A stretch of 61,936 bases of DNA, counting the filler, from Sluysia triapertura (Eukaryota), in assembly GCA_046118255.1 (NCBI GenBank). It is 5 parts of 5 records of this genome, joined end to end, with 100 filler letters (N's around TTAATTAATTAA, not from the genome) between each part and the next. Parts side by side here need not be neighbours in the genome. Positions count along the whole stretch, not along the records: positions 1 to 14,619 come from JBJNIA010253192.1; positions 14,720 to 27,217 come from JBJNIA010103544.1; 3 more parts are not named here. One strand, given 5' to 3'. Positions 12,069-25,300 of the stretch are shown piece by piece. The translations under genes and the position numbers were made by a program. The notes beneath the pieces were generated by a model that was not told where the DNA came from, ran no database searches, and saw only the letters and a program-made list of their open reading frames with translations. Each line of letters opens with the position of its first letter. Position 1 is the stretch's first letter.

Positions 12069-14619
12069 TAATTATGGTTATTATTATTATTATTATTATA
12101 AATATACTAAAAGAACTAAAATATCTTAGTATATTAACAAATATTTAGAACAATTTGAAGTTCTTTTAAATTTAGAGATTATATGTATTACTGTAATAAA
12201 ATAAAGTGATTATTAAAATTGTCAATTTTAATGTTTTAACGTAATAAATGTTGTATAATGCGTTGTTTGAAAGATTTCAATAATAATATTCAATAAAAAT
12301 AAATATTATTCAATAAAACGATAAATATTCCGTGATTAATTAAAAATAAGCAAAAATAAATGAATAAATTATTCGACAATAACTTTCAAATTTCTAGTAT
12401 ATTTTCTTTGTTCTGCAGTTGTATTTTGATTGTTTTTATGGGAAGAATTTTCTTTCCGACATGAAATTTATACATGGATTGTCCTTTCATATTTTATTTA
12501 TATGATATCTAATTAATTTTTTCCCACAGTTTATTATTCATTGACGTTGAAATGGAATGTATTATTAATTATCAAAATTTTCAAACGTGTTTACGTCATT
12601 CCTAAAGAAAATTTCAAATGATTTATATCCGGATTGAAAAGTAAAATGACGATTTGTAACACGATTACTAAACCTTGTTGCTGAAATAATATATGCTTGA
12701 TTATTCAACTGATTATTTTCTAAGACATTGTGATAGTTTGCTGCATTTAAAATGTTGAAGGAATCATGAAATTTTATATAAAATCCGTCCAGTGCATTGA
12801 TTTCAGTGAATATAATAATTTTTGACTTTAGAACATATACAAAAATGTGGCTAAGTCGTCCTTCTTATGAGGCATGTGAATCAGTCGAAATATATAGATA
12901 CATCTGACTATAGAGTGTTTGGCAAATCAAAATTAAATTGATTCATTTGATTCAAAAGTTCAATTTTAGATTAAAATCATTAGCTTCTAAATTAAATATG
13001 ATTTATACATCCTCTATAATAGTGCTATTTCAATTTATTAAATTTCATATTTTTAATAATGTGCTATTTCAATTTATTAAATTTCATATTTTTAAAAATC
13101 TTCTGACTTAATGAATTAGTATAATAAAAGATATCCATATAATTAGTTCCATTTTTGAGTAATTTTGAATTCAACCTTTTATACCTAAAATTATACTTGT
13201 ATTTTACGATTTATAAAATATGTTGCTTTTTAAGGCTTTTTAAATAATATTTAAAATATTTTCAAACGATATTCTGAAAAACATTTCTCTCATAGATTTT
13301 CAAATTTATTTAACTGCTTTATTCAAACTTTAACTGCTTATCAATGATAAATTTTGAGTGTCGTTATTTTTTATTGTTTAAAATATTGTAATTAAAATAA
13401 AATGCAGTATTAAATTATAATAGATTAATAGAAGATTAATTGATGTATTGACTTAAAGAGAGTGACATCGCTTAATTTGTATTTATTGCAAAAATGAGAA
13501 AAACAATATTTTGTTCCAAATTAATAGTTTCCTAATTAAAAATTAAAAATAAAAATAAACCAGATCATTCTTTTTTTCGTCATAATTACCTATTTCATGC
13601 AAAAAATTCTAAATTTTTTAAATATAAGTATTTCTCGTTTATTTGGGTATTAAAAATGTTTTTTATATATTACAACGATTATTTGATCTATTATTAAATT
13701 CAAAATATATTTAATATAATGAAATATTATTTTGATATTTCTTTTAAATCAATATTTGCTTAAATATATCTTTTAGAGAAGAAGCGCATAAAATGCTTAG
13801 TCTGCACTAGACTAAATTTCAAAAATAATTCACTTTTCACAATTGTTATACTTGTTGATATTTTAAAACCTATTACATTCTCAACTTTTGAACGTATTAG
13901 AAACGCAAAATACATTTTTAAATAAAATCAATTTTAATAAATATAATTGACACTATCAAAAGTAAGCATTTTTAAAATGTATTCATTCATCATTATTGAA
14001 CAAGTGATTATTCCATATAGTTCATTTTCAATAATTTATTGGTTATCTTCTGTGTGATTTACAATTTGATCTTGTTCTAAACTCTGAGAATTCACTTTTA
14101 AAATTCTCAAATTTTATTTGATTAAAGGCAGTCTAATTTAGTAATTAATTTGGTAACGTATTTCAGTGTCTTTTGAATATCTGTGTATTTTGAAATCATA
14201 AATATTTCCAGAAATATATTTTTTAAGCCTTTAAAATTTTAATATTTCCAGCGTCTTAAAATTGAATATGACTACTATTGTTGGTGGATAAAATTATTAT
14301 TTTAAAATTGTTAAGGGCTAACACGCCTTATAATAATAATAATTAAAAAAATAATTAATAATTTTAAAAAACTAGGGCGTAACGCCCATTAATACAAAGA
14401 AAAAATTAAAATAAAATAAAATAAAAAAATTATGTTTAAGACTTAGTGTCTATTGTAAAAAAAATTGTGAAAATCATTGAATAGAGTGTGACACACATTA
14501 AGTAAACAATAAATAATTGCAGCAACGACAATAAAAACAATAGAAAAATAAGAGAAAATAATAAAATCTGAACAAACAAAGAATTTCGTATTTTTTGACT
14601 TTTCTGCTAGAATCATATT

Positions 14620-14719
14620 NNNNNNNNNNNNNNNNNNNNNNNNNNNNNNNNNNNNNNNNNNNNTTAATTAATTAANNNNNNNNNNNNNNNNNNNNNNNNN
14701 NNNNNNNNNNNNNNNNNNN
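14620..14719. other. Assembly spacer N44-TTAATTAATTAA-N44
   Basis: Exact 100-bp structure with a six-frame stop linker, seen four times. Confidence 0.97.
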
Positions 14720-15095
14720 GAAAGTGTATTTATTTTAGAAAGTGTATTTATTTTAGAAAGTGTATTTATTTTAGAAAGTGTATTTATTTTAGAAAGTGTA
14801 TTTATTTTAGAAAGAAGTATGATTTTGACCGAGTTCATATAAGAAATCCTTAATATTAAGCAATGCCAAATTTAATTAATTCTTAATTAAATTGTACTTA
14901 GAATTATACTTACTTTTTTTTATACTTAGAATGATGAAAATATAATAAATTGAGTATGAGATGATTGCTATGAATGAACTTAAAATGTTTGTAAAATGTC
15001 TGATAATTAGAACCTTAAACATTTTTATTAGAAAAATGGATGTGACAAATCGAAAATCATTTAAATTAAAAAAGTAATTTATTAATTAATTTAAT
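14720..15095 (+). mobile_element. Family A internal fragment starting with an 18-bp x5 tandem at the contig edge
   Basis: (GAAAGTGTATTTATTTTA)x5, then sequence matching about 6640-6860 and 37370-37660. Confidence 0.65.
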
Positions 15096-15587
15096 GGTGG
15101 AAAATTATTAATAAATTTTTGAAGTTGCGGTGGCCAACTGGTGGCCTGAAATTTAAAAACAATTATTTCAATCACATTTTCACACTCATTATCTTTCTAC
15201 ATTATACCTTTTCAGAACCCATCAAAACCTTTTCTATATTTTACATTCTTTTTAAATTCATTAAAACCATTTTTATACTTCAAAACATTTTAAATTCACA
15301 ATTTTTCAACATCCAAACTTTAGTTTCATTCAAAAACATCCAAGGTAAATTTAAAAATTCATTTTATGAATTTTAAAATTAATTTTTTAAGATTTATTTC
15401 GAAGAATTAAGACATTGAAAAGTAAAGATCGTTTCAAATTATTATTATTATTATTATCAAAATTATGTATCAAGTATATGAATTAAATTCATTCTAGTAC
15501 GTAATTTAAATTATCATATTATAACTATTATTATTATTACTTTTATTTTACTCTTATCATTATTATCAGTATTAACATACAACATTT

Positions 15588-15739
15588 ACGGACACTCATA
15601 CAACGATGACGGACACTCATTGAGATCATTTATTTTGACGTGCATAATTAACTTCACATAAAGCTAAATGGACACCCAATAAGATCTGTTATTTTATCTT
15701 TTTATTCTTATTTTATCTTTTTGATTGGATGTCCAATCA
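15588..15739 (+). promoter_or_regulatory. Cargo-cassette upstream module with paired CCAAT palindromes
   Basis: ACGGACACTCAT twice (15588, 15609), ATGGACACCCAAT (15668), GATTGGATGTCCAATC (15723). Confidence 0.55.
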
Positions 15740-15990
15740 GTTCACAAAAAAACAGAGTTTAAAAATAAAAATTTTAAAATAATATCTACCAGCATTATTG
15801 TAATGATCAATAGCATGTAATAAACAAAATTTTAGAATTAAAAATGGTGCTTAAAAAAGATATACAAAATTAAAATATTAGTATCTTTAAATTTTGTAAA
15901 AGTTCAATTTAAATCAATAGTTATACTAGTTTGTCAAAATTCGGATTCTTTAATTTATACATAGTAATTTAAGAAAAATAAAAGTAAAAG

Positions 15991-16623
15991 ATGAATGAAA
16001 CACTTCAAACGAAATACAATAGTGATATTATACAATCTAGCGTCTCCGAAAATCATAAATATCAGTGTGAAATTTCAGCGAATACCTCATCAGTACTCCA
16101 ATCATCTAATGTATCTAAGCCAATATATGATATTATGGAATCTCCAAGTATATCATCAAAATCCAAAACCTGTTGATCGTGAATCAGCGAAACGTTTAGC
16201 AAAACATTTGTATGATTGTGATGGATTCAGAATAACATATATCAAATCATTTATCCAAAAGGAATGAATTTAATCGGGTTGTTGGAGTTGAATTTTCAAA
16301 TTTACGACTTGACAAAGCACTACGGCAATTTCTGAGCAAATTAACACTAGTTGACAAAACGCAAGAACGAGAACGTATTATGCATCACTTTTCAAAACGT
16401 TATACGATTTGGTGAAGACGGTTGTCACAATTTAGTTTGTGCTCTGATTATCTTAAATACAAATTTACAAGGTCCAATTTATCCAAAATTATCATGCAGG
16501 AATTTTATAAAAGGTTTGAAAGTACTTAATGATGATGAAAGTTTTAAATCCGAAAACCTTCAAGAATTATTTGATTCAATCGAACAAGAACCTATTAAGT
16601 TACCTGTCAATGATGAATATTAA
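15991..16623 (+). pseudogene. Intronless, frameshifted Sec7 domain of EFA6/PSD type (Arf6 GEF)
   Basis: Across frames: SAKRLAKHLYDCDGF, LDKALRQFL...KTQERERIMHHFSKRY, DGCHNLVCALIILNTNLQG...LQELFDSIEQEPI, matching EFA6/PSD Sec7 motifs. Confidence 0.88.
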
Positions 16624-17829
16624 TACCAATAAATTGCATGTTTTCCCGATCGAATAATTTAGTTATCTCTTTTAGCAATCCTAGTTCCGGAGTCACAGAT
16701 GTTAATTCAATCCGCGAATGGCACTATTGTACAGAAGTTTTTTTAACGAAACTCGAGGTCGCAAAACATCATTCATTAATCACACCTTGATAATCTATCA
16801 GGTTGATTCAAGATATTTAACTACACATCAATGTGAACAATAAAATTTAGATCTTTCCACTTCTGATTTAGATTCAAATGTCTTGACATTCAGTAATAAT
16901 TCTACAAGGGCCCGAAGTTCCTCTAAATGCGTATCAAAAAGAGTAATTGATATTGCGAATTATGATTCCATGGAACCAAATGAAAGGTGTGTAATTGATG
17001 GGTAAACAAATTATGTTAATTCAAGTGAAATGATAGAACTTTTTGATGTAATAGATGATAGTTCACAGAAATTAAACGAAGTTAAACATTTAGCAACTAA
17101 CTATCAAACCAGAAACATGACATGTAACAAACGAAGATATTAATTCTGCAGCAAGAGTAACAGAGAAGGTTGACAATTTTTGGCTAGACTATTAATGAAG
17201 CCCAAACAATAATACAATAAAGTAATTTACTCTATTTATCCAGATTTTAACTAATTGTGATATTTTTTACTTCAGGATCACAACAACCAGTACATACAAA
17301 AAGGTGTACGCCTTTTATCCCCTGTATTAGTAAATTAAATCTTAGCATTTTAGTAAATAAATGTTTTCGCATGTTTTTTTAATTCTCTTCAAGTTTTCAA
17401 AATTACGAATATTTTATAAAATAAAATTGGAATTATCAAATAAAAGTATTAATATGATATTTGAGATAACATAAATTTAAATAATAGTAATCCTATGATC
17501 AATCTGAATAATCAATACCTTTAGAAGTTATATTCATGAGCTTTTTGTTATTCTAGAATCACTTTTTGGAAGATAGTTGATTTAATTCTGTTTTACATCA
17601 AGCCTAGTTTTCATTTCGTATATATTAATTAATATTTTGTTTAATTTTCTTATTTTATTTGAATTATTTTATTTGACAGTAGTTTTGTATATTAGATTGA
17701 TAATAGTAATTACATATAATTTTGAAAATTTGATTGGAATTATTTACTTTTATTGTATTTACGTTAAAATAGGTTTGACAGTAATGAGAAAATTTTTAAA
17801 TAATAAATAGATTCGTATTGTAAATAAAG

Positions 17830-18563
17830 AAAAATTCTTTGTGATAAATTTTATTAGATTGTTACTATATTTAGTAACATTTCAAGTTAAGTTAATTTTG
17901 CTATTAAGTTATTCTTATAAATCATTAAACAAAGACGTAACAATATTACGTATATATACATACATGAAGTTGGATGATCCAATTTCAAAAAGGGTACGTA
18001 CGGTAGATAAAAAGATTAAAATACAATAAAATAAAAAGCTAAAAATAAAAAGATAAAATATTAAAAGATAAATCAATAAATTAGAATTTATACTAAATTA
18101 AATTTAACTTATTTATTTATTCCGTTTTGTATATTTTATTTATAAAATACAAAAATGTGACAATGATATTAGTAAGACAAAATAATAAATCTGCCAGAGC
18201 GTTTAATCTAATACTCAAATATTTTAAGTCGATATTACTTTTCAATATACCGGGGACTTCAAAAATTTACAAAGTAATAGAAAATTTGCGTGTATTTTAT
18301 AATGTCAACTTATAAAGTTGAAACTGACCTTATAAATATATAAATTACCAATAGATTCGCTGCAAAAATGAATCAAATGATTTTTCAAAATAGCGATTTT
18401 CATTAAACTGATGCTAGTTTATATACCACTCATCAGCCAATGAAAATCGATGGAACATTCTAGAAGCTTTTCTTTTTTGGAAAATAATTCTTTTTTATGT
18501 GATTTTAAATATTTTTAAGTGTTATTATGATATTTTAAATTATTTTATAGAGTTGCGATGACA
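17830..18563 (-). mobile_element. LTR-like family B copy
   Basis: Minus-strand start TGTCATCGCAAC and core TTCCATCGATTTTCATTGGCTGATG...TATAAACTAGCATCAGTT, shared with 28128, 56543 and 59356. Confidence 0.65.
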
Positions 18564-19301
18564 ACCTAACAATTTGATTAGTTTTGTCAGGTAATAATCA
18601 TGATAACATTGTAAAATAATAATAACGACAAGATTAAAAGTTGAATTTAAATCGATAAAAAAATAGACTAATTATATTAAGAGAAAATTGTAAGATCTCT
18701 TATTGGACGATTGCGCATTACCATAGTTACGAATGCATACGCCACAAAGTTAAGATATTAAACGTTCAGAATTATTATTGATAAAATCCTATAGGTTGTA
18801 ATTCACTCACTATTTTGCGTAGGAGTACAATGATTCATATTTTGTTTAAATTAAAATATATATATTATTCAAATTTTACTTAGTTCAATATACACAATGA
18901 TATTTTTTTAAATGCCAAATCTATTAAATATCTTATGTTAATTAAACATGGAGAATTAGTCAGCATTTTACAATATCCATACAATTACAGTTTATTGCAC
19001 GAAATAATATCTATACGAAATTAGTAATAAAACATTGATTTAATTAAAAGTACACTTATTAATTTATATATTAATAATTTTACGATTCAAATTTAAAAAT
19101 ATTATGAATAATTACTACTTATTTTCTGTAGTAAATAAGCATAACGAAACTTGTTAAATTTTGACAATTTTGTATCGCGTTTATTGAAAACCAATAATTT
19201 TCAAATGTTGGCATTTTAATAATTATAAGATTTGTTTGTGTAGAATTTAATTTTCAATCAGTATTAATTTTGCAATTTTTAAATTAAATTCGTGAAAGTC
19301 T

Positions 19302-19490
19302 ATGATTAAATCAATTTGGATAATTTCAATTACTTTTTCATTATTATTATTGTTATTATTATCAAATCCTTTATTAGGATTAACAATCGAAGAAAAACAA
19401 TTATTACTGGATTTGCATAACTTTTACCGTAACAATTACGTATTGCATAATCATGATAGAGTTAAATTATCTGGTGATTTAACGGTTTTG
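19302..19490 (+). CDS. Exon 1 of a secreted CAP/SCP/TAPS (venom-allergen-like) protein
   Basis: Signal peptide, then LTIEEKQLLLDLHNFYR (CAP N-terminal HNxxR motif); phase-0 donor TTG|GTAAGA at 19490/19491. Downstream exons not found. Confidence 0.85.
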
Positions 19491-21671
19491 GTAAGATTTA
19501 TATATATTACATAGTAAAATAAGAATTTGATATAATATATTTAAATAAACTTATTTAATTTATTAAATTTAATATCATATGATCTATAAAAATGTGGCTT
19601 TTTTGGTATTATAAAATAATTGAAATTTATGTCCAACTAATGGTTCTACTCGAGAAAGGAATAATTTATCGAACTTATTTTTAATATGATAAAAAATTGA
19701 ACAACACTAAAAAACAATAGTTTTTGTAGATTTTGCACGAAAAAATATAAATAAAATTACGATTGTAAATACATAAATAATGAATAAAAATAAATAACGT
19801 TAATATAATGTAAAATGTGAGGTGAAATAAAGTAAATTTAAAGTTGCAAATCATATTACAGATGAACGTATATATTAAACAAATTCGCAGCAATTAGTGA
19901 ATCTTTTACAAAAGGACAGTTGAGAATATTAATGTTATTATCATTATTACTATTATCATTATTATTATTATCATTATCATTTTCAAAATAAAACTCAATT
20001 AATTTAAAATTATTTACAAATAAAATTAAAATAATTATCATTTAGATTGTAATGCTTTGTATCAATTTAAAATGAGATTTAATATAGTTAATATAAATTC
20101 AAAATTTAATAACAAATAGTAACTAATTTAAAATCAAAATGTAAAATCATAAAATCAAAGAGAAATCAGTTCAATAGGTAAGTTAAAATCATGTTAAATT
20201 GAGATTCAATAAAACTATTAAACAATTAAAAATGAGTAACATTATTCTCGATTAGAATTAATTTAAATTAAAGATTGGGCAGAATAGAGAAAGTAATGTT
20301 ATACTAAAATTAAAAGCATTATAATAGAGAAAAATTATATTAAAATACGAATAAATATAATTTATATGTAATTAAAATTTAATAGCATATTTTTGATAAA
20401 GAATGATATTTGTAATTTGCTATTATTATTATCTGTTATTAACTAGCAAAAATTTTACTGTATAAGACAAATTTTTATTGAAACCTACTGTTATTATTAT
20501 TACCATAATGAAATATTATGATTATTATTATTAGTGTTTTTTACTACAAGTTAAAATTAAATTACATTGCATATAAACGGTATAATATAAATAACAACAC
20601 ATAAAAGTATCAAACACACATAGTTGAAGAGAAGAATTGATTTTATAATATTTGGAATAAAAGGTTATTTATCGAAAGAAGACTTTATTGAATTTAAACC
20701 ATTTGATTATCGAACTATACATAACTAAAGGCATAGATTCGGAACAAATTTTTGTATATGTCAAATAACGCAGACGAAAAGTAAGTAACAAGTATTATAA
20801 TCTCTATCTGGAAATAAAATTCATTAAAAAAGTTTTAAATAATTTTAATTCATTTTAATCAATACATTTACATTTTACTGAATGTTTAAGTGAATCCAAT
20901 TTGTATAATATTTGTAATTTTAATATTGTTAATACTATCAAACTAATTGCTTGATTATTACAATCGTTGTAATTAAAGAATTATGATTCATTTTCTTGCG
21001 TGCTTAGTTAAATTTTAGCGAAATTTGAGGATAGTGTCCTAAAAGGAACAATGTTAACTGAATATGAGTTGTAACCCTATCGATAAGGAAATACGATAAT
21101 AACGTCTATTTTAAAATAAACCTACTTGGGTATCATTTAGTAAGTAACATAAGATTTCACTTCGAAATGAATAACTCATTGCAATTCCATTCCAATCTAT
21201 CGGAACGAGTATCATAAATAAGACAATAGAGAGTTCGTAAAATAAGTTAACTGTCAAGAGGCTTCAAGTATTGCTAACGAATAATATTTTTACGTAACTA
21301 AATATGTTAAAACTTATCATCGTAGAAGTGAGAATGTGTATATATTAATAAAGTTAAGATTTAAAACATTTCGTTAAGTTTGCATTGATAAGTTTCATCG
21401 TTTACATTTATCGTAAGTTCATATAAAATACATTACTATATATCGATACAAGAAAGCATATATCCAGATTCATTTTAAGTTTTACTAAGTTTGAATATTA
21501 ATTAAATTATTTTTAAATTTAACATTACTATTATTATTATTATCATTATTACAATTATCATCATAATTATTACAATCACTATTACCATCGTTATTATTAT
21601 CAATATTATTACTATTATCATTGTTTTTACTATTATTTTCATTATCATTATATTATTATTGTTTTTGTTCT

Positions 21672-22845
21672 TGTTGCGTCTTTAAAAGATCTGGATTATA
21701 ATTATTTAATTTAATTTACACTAAATTTAAATTCAGGGCTTAGTAAATCAAAAATATAATTCAAATATTTAATCAAATAAATATATATATCATAGGAAAG
21801 TAACTACTCTTACAGTTGAGAAATCCCACTAACTGATACTTAATATATAAAGTAAATAATAAAACTATAAATTGTCTAGGAAAATACAAATAAATATTAA
21901 ACAATCAGCAATCAACCAAAGATGACAGATTATTATTGTTAGCATACAAAATAATGAATTTAATTTGAATTTTCACAATTTAATTGATTTTTAGTTTTTC
22001 ACACCCAATTTTCTATGGAAAATGTTTAAGCTTTTTATTCTCAAACAAACCACTCTACAAACATTTCAAACTCACTTCTAGATTCTTCTCTTCCGTAGTA
22101 TTCATCTCATATTCAATTCATTGTACTTGCATCATTCCAAGTATAAAAAATTCAACGTTGCATAATTAAGAATTAATTAAAATTTGACTTTGCTTTCCTT
22201 GCATGAACTCGGTCAAACCATACTTTCATCGAAAGGTCCTTTCAAAACAAATACACGCACAATTTAACATAGCATTCCGCATTCAAAAGTTATTCAAAAA
22301 ATGTACTTTGTCTTTATTAAGTTGATTAATATTTTAATTAATTAATCTATTTATAGACTTAATCATATATTATGTTTAAAGGTTTTATTAAGGTTCTAAA
22401 GTTATTCAGTAGTTATAATGCATTCAGGAGGCTCTAGACGTTTTCACATTCACCTCTCTGATTCCATTTTCTACTTCTTTATGCTAATTATTACCGTGCT
22501 AGATTTATCCTTAATACCAATAACAATGATTTTATTTCTCAAATATTTTAAAGATTTTAAATACTTTATAAGATTACTCGAAGGTCTTAGATGTTTATCG
22601 ATGTTTCAAGAATGCTTAAAAGTTAATGAAGTCTCAGATGATTTCAAAGTTCACAAGTTCAAAAGTATCCTAATGCCATTAAAGGTTTTTCAAGTCCATC
22701 TCAAACCTTCATATAAGACATTGGAACTCAAAGGTATTTTCTAGCTGTTAACATCATTATAGATGTTCTCATTCTCATGATTCTCACTTTATAGTTCCAC
22801 GTATTTCTCACTCATCTTCTGATCCACAGTTGGACAATCCCAACA
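21672..22845 (-). mobile_element. LTR-like family A copy, internally deleted or variant
   Basis: Both termini present: TGTTGCGTCTTT at 21672 and TGGACAATCCCAACA ending at 22845; no TSD evident. Confidence 0.7.
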
Positions 22846-24544
22846 AATTATTGTTAAATTTCAAATAAAAACACAAAAGCAAATTTATGTAAAAAAACGA
22901 TAATGGTGGAACTGTGATGTCTTTTAAATAGCTTAAATTAACTGTACTAAATTTAAATTCAAAACTCAGAAAATCAAAATAAGATTTAAGTTAATTATAA
23001 ATTATCAAAATTAATATCAGCTAAATATCCCAAATAAAATGAAGCAATAAAAACCGTTTTTCTCTAATAATATAACTCGAATCTAATGCACGTCTTTCTG
23101 CCCTATGAAGATAGACGAAATTTAATTTTTGGTTTCCAGATAAAATGATTTAATTGTGAAATTAGTAACAATATCAATTGGTCTATATAGTAAACTTTAC
23201 TTGCCTTTATCCCATTAATTTATTATTTATAAACAAAACATATTCAATTCTTTTGACTTAACCAAATCGATACTCATTTGTCACACCAAAGTAAATTAAA
23301 ATTGACAAATTATTTCATATTCCTAATCTTCTCAATATGATTGATATAATTAACGAATCTTTTTTTAGCAAAATAAATGTATTCAAGATCATTCCTCACA
23401 AGGATTCATTCAAAATATATTTTCAGTCCATAAGATTTTTCTATGATGCGTTATTCATTTTTGACACTTAAAATTACTTAAAATAATAAATCTAATAATT
23501 ATAGTAGATGTAAATAGCGAAAGAAAACTTATTTTATCGATATATTGAATCGCCATTAAGTTTGATAAGCATATGTCAAATAAGAATTTAATCACTGAAT
23601 TTAATTTAATTAATTTTTATTTAATTAAGATTTTTAATAATAATGATAATATTATTATTATTATTCGTTAACTTAAGTCGAAGAATTCAGATACCTCTTA
23701 ATAAAATGTTAAAATTTTTCCAAAAACATCACTTTAATGTGAAGCAATTTTATAAAACATATTTTAATTAACAAATGTACTTTTATAAGTTTTATAACGT
23801 ATTTTAAGGTTTTAGAGCTTTTTTAATATGTTATCTAAAAATTTCATGCATAAACTACAATTATAATGTTAAAGTTGAGATTGTATGACGACCATGTTTA
23901 TATAAAGTTACTGATATTTGACTATAACCTCTGTGTGACATTGTGTTTGTATAAGTATATTTATATAGTGTTGATATTGTGTGGCATCGATTATACGAGA
24001 TAAATGAAGTGCAATATAACTGTTTGAGTAATGTTAAATTCCTAGGTCGATGGATTGACGATAATAGATGTTTGTGATTGAAATATGTATGGATATATAT
24101 TGTATTATGCGATGTAGATTCATGTTCGTAAGATTCAGTGTATGTTATTAATAAAACTGTAATTAATTATGTATCTTAAGATAAAGATACTCAAAGTAGG
24201 TGTGAAAGAACTAGAATTTATAACTGAAGTGTTTCGAAGTATTTTGATGATATGATCATGTTGAGAATGGTGGTTACAAAGAATCTGGAAGAAACTAGTG
24301 ATATGTTGATAAAATATCAAAAATTACTCATACAATTTTTATATCTACCTTTGACGGTATTGTATGAATTTGACAGCCTAAATTTAATGCCATTAAAATA
24401 ATGTTTATAAAAAGGTTTAATCATAAAAATTTTACTTTTATTGTGATTAAACATCTAAACAATTATGATACGATAAAATTTCATTTACAATTACTTTATT
24501 TAACATTACAAAGCGTCTTTTATCTTCAAATTTACGTGCGTGAA

Positions 24545-25300
24545 TTACGTTAACAAATAAAGATACAAATTAAAATATTTATAAAAACATAGATAAAAAT
24601 AAGAATGAGAATTGATATAGTCTTCGTATTCTAATTTCATCATTTCGAAATTTACATAGTTTGAGAAAAATTTGTGACGTTGATTATTTATTTCTTTAGT
24701 ATTTTTTCCGTTCATTTGATGTCCTGATTGATCCCTCTTGCTGATTTCATCAATGTAGGTAGAATCGACAAATTTACTAAAATGTTTCTCTGCGATATTT
24801 TTAGTACATTCGGTTTTATCTATAATCATTTCAAATTAGCGTGGTTGCCATTTCTTTCGCATCATATCATTATATAAAACGGAGGTTTCTAATTTACACT
24901 TCATATTATCTAAAAATTTTCTTTTAATATTCATACTAAGTGCTTGATTTTCTCTAAATTGGATTAATCAACGATAATAACATGACCAATATAGTGATTT
25001 TAAAACTAATAGCATTTAATGAAGGTAATCGCGATCTGAGATAGAGGCCAAGAAAATTATGTAGAACGTATTCACTATTAGCGGCGAATATTAGTAACTC
25101 ATTTAGATCTATTTGTGCCCAACGACTAAACTCAACAACACTGCGCTTATTAGGATGTATATTAAAATCATATCGAATTCAAGTAGTGTTTGTATAACAT
25201 TCTCATTTAGTTCATTAATAATTGCAATAAAAATATCTTCATGTTTATTAAAACTTTTCTTTTATACTTTTACTTTAATTAATGAGCCTTGCTTTGTTTA
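24545..25300 (-). pseudogene. Intronless coding remnant, possibly family X / MSV199-like
   Basis: RSVVEFSRWAQIDL, IKRKFLDNMK, QRHKFFSNYVNFEMMKLEYEDY; interrupted by stops; CCAAT motifs upstream at about 25340-25420. Confidence 0.35.

Noticed and set aside
14664-14675. TTAATTAATTAA palindrome as a biological motif
   Set aside because: Always centred in a 100-bp N gap; artificial linker.
22418-22744. ORFs within family A copies (also 32591, 33111, 33311)
   Set aside because: Frames are not conserved between copies of the repeat.
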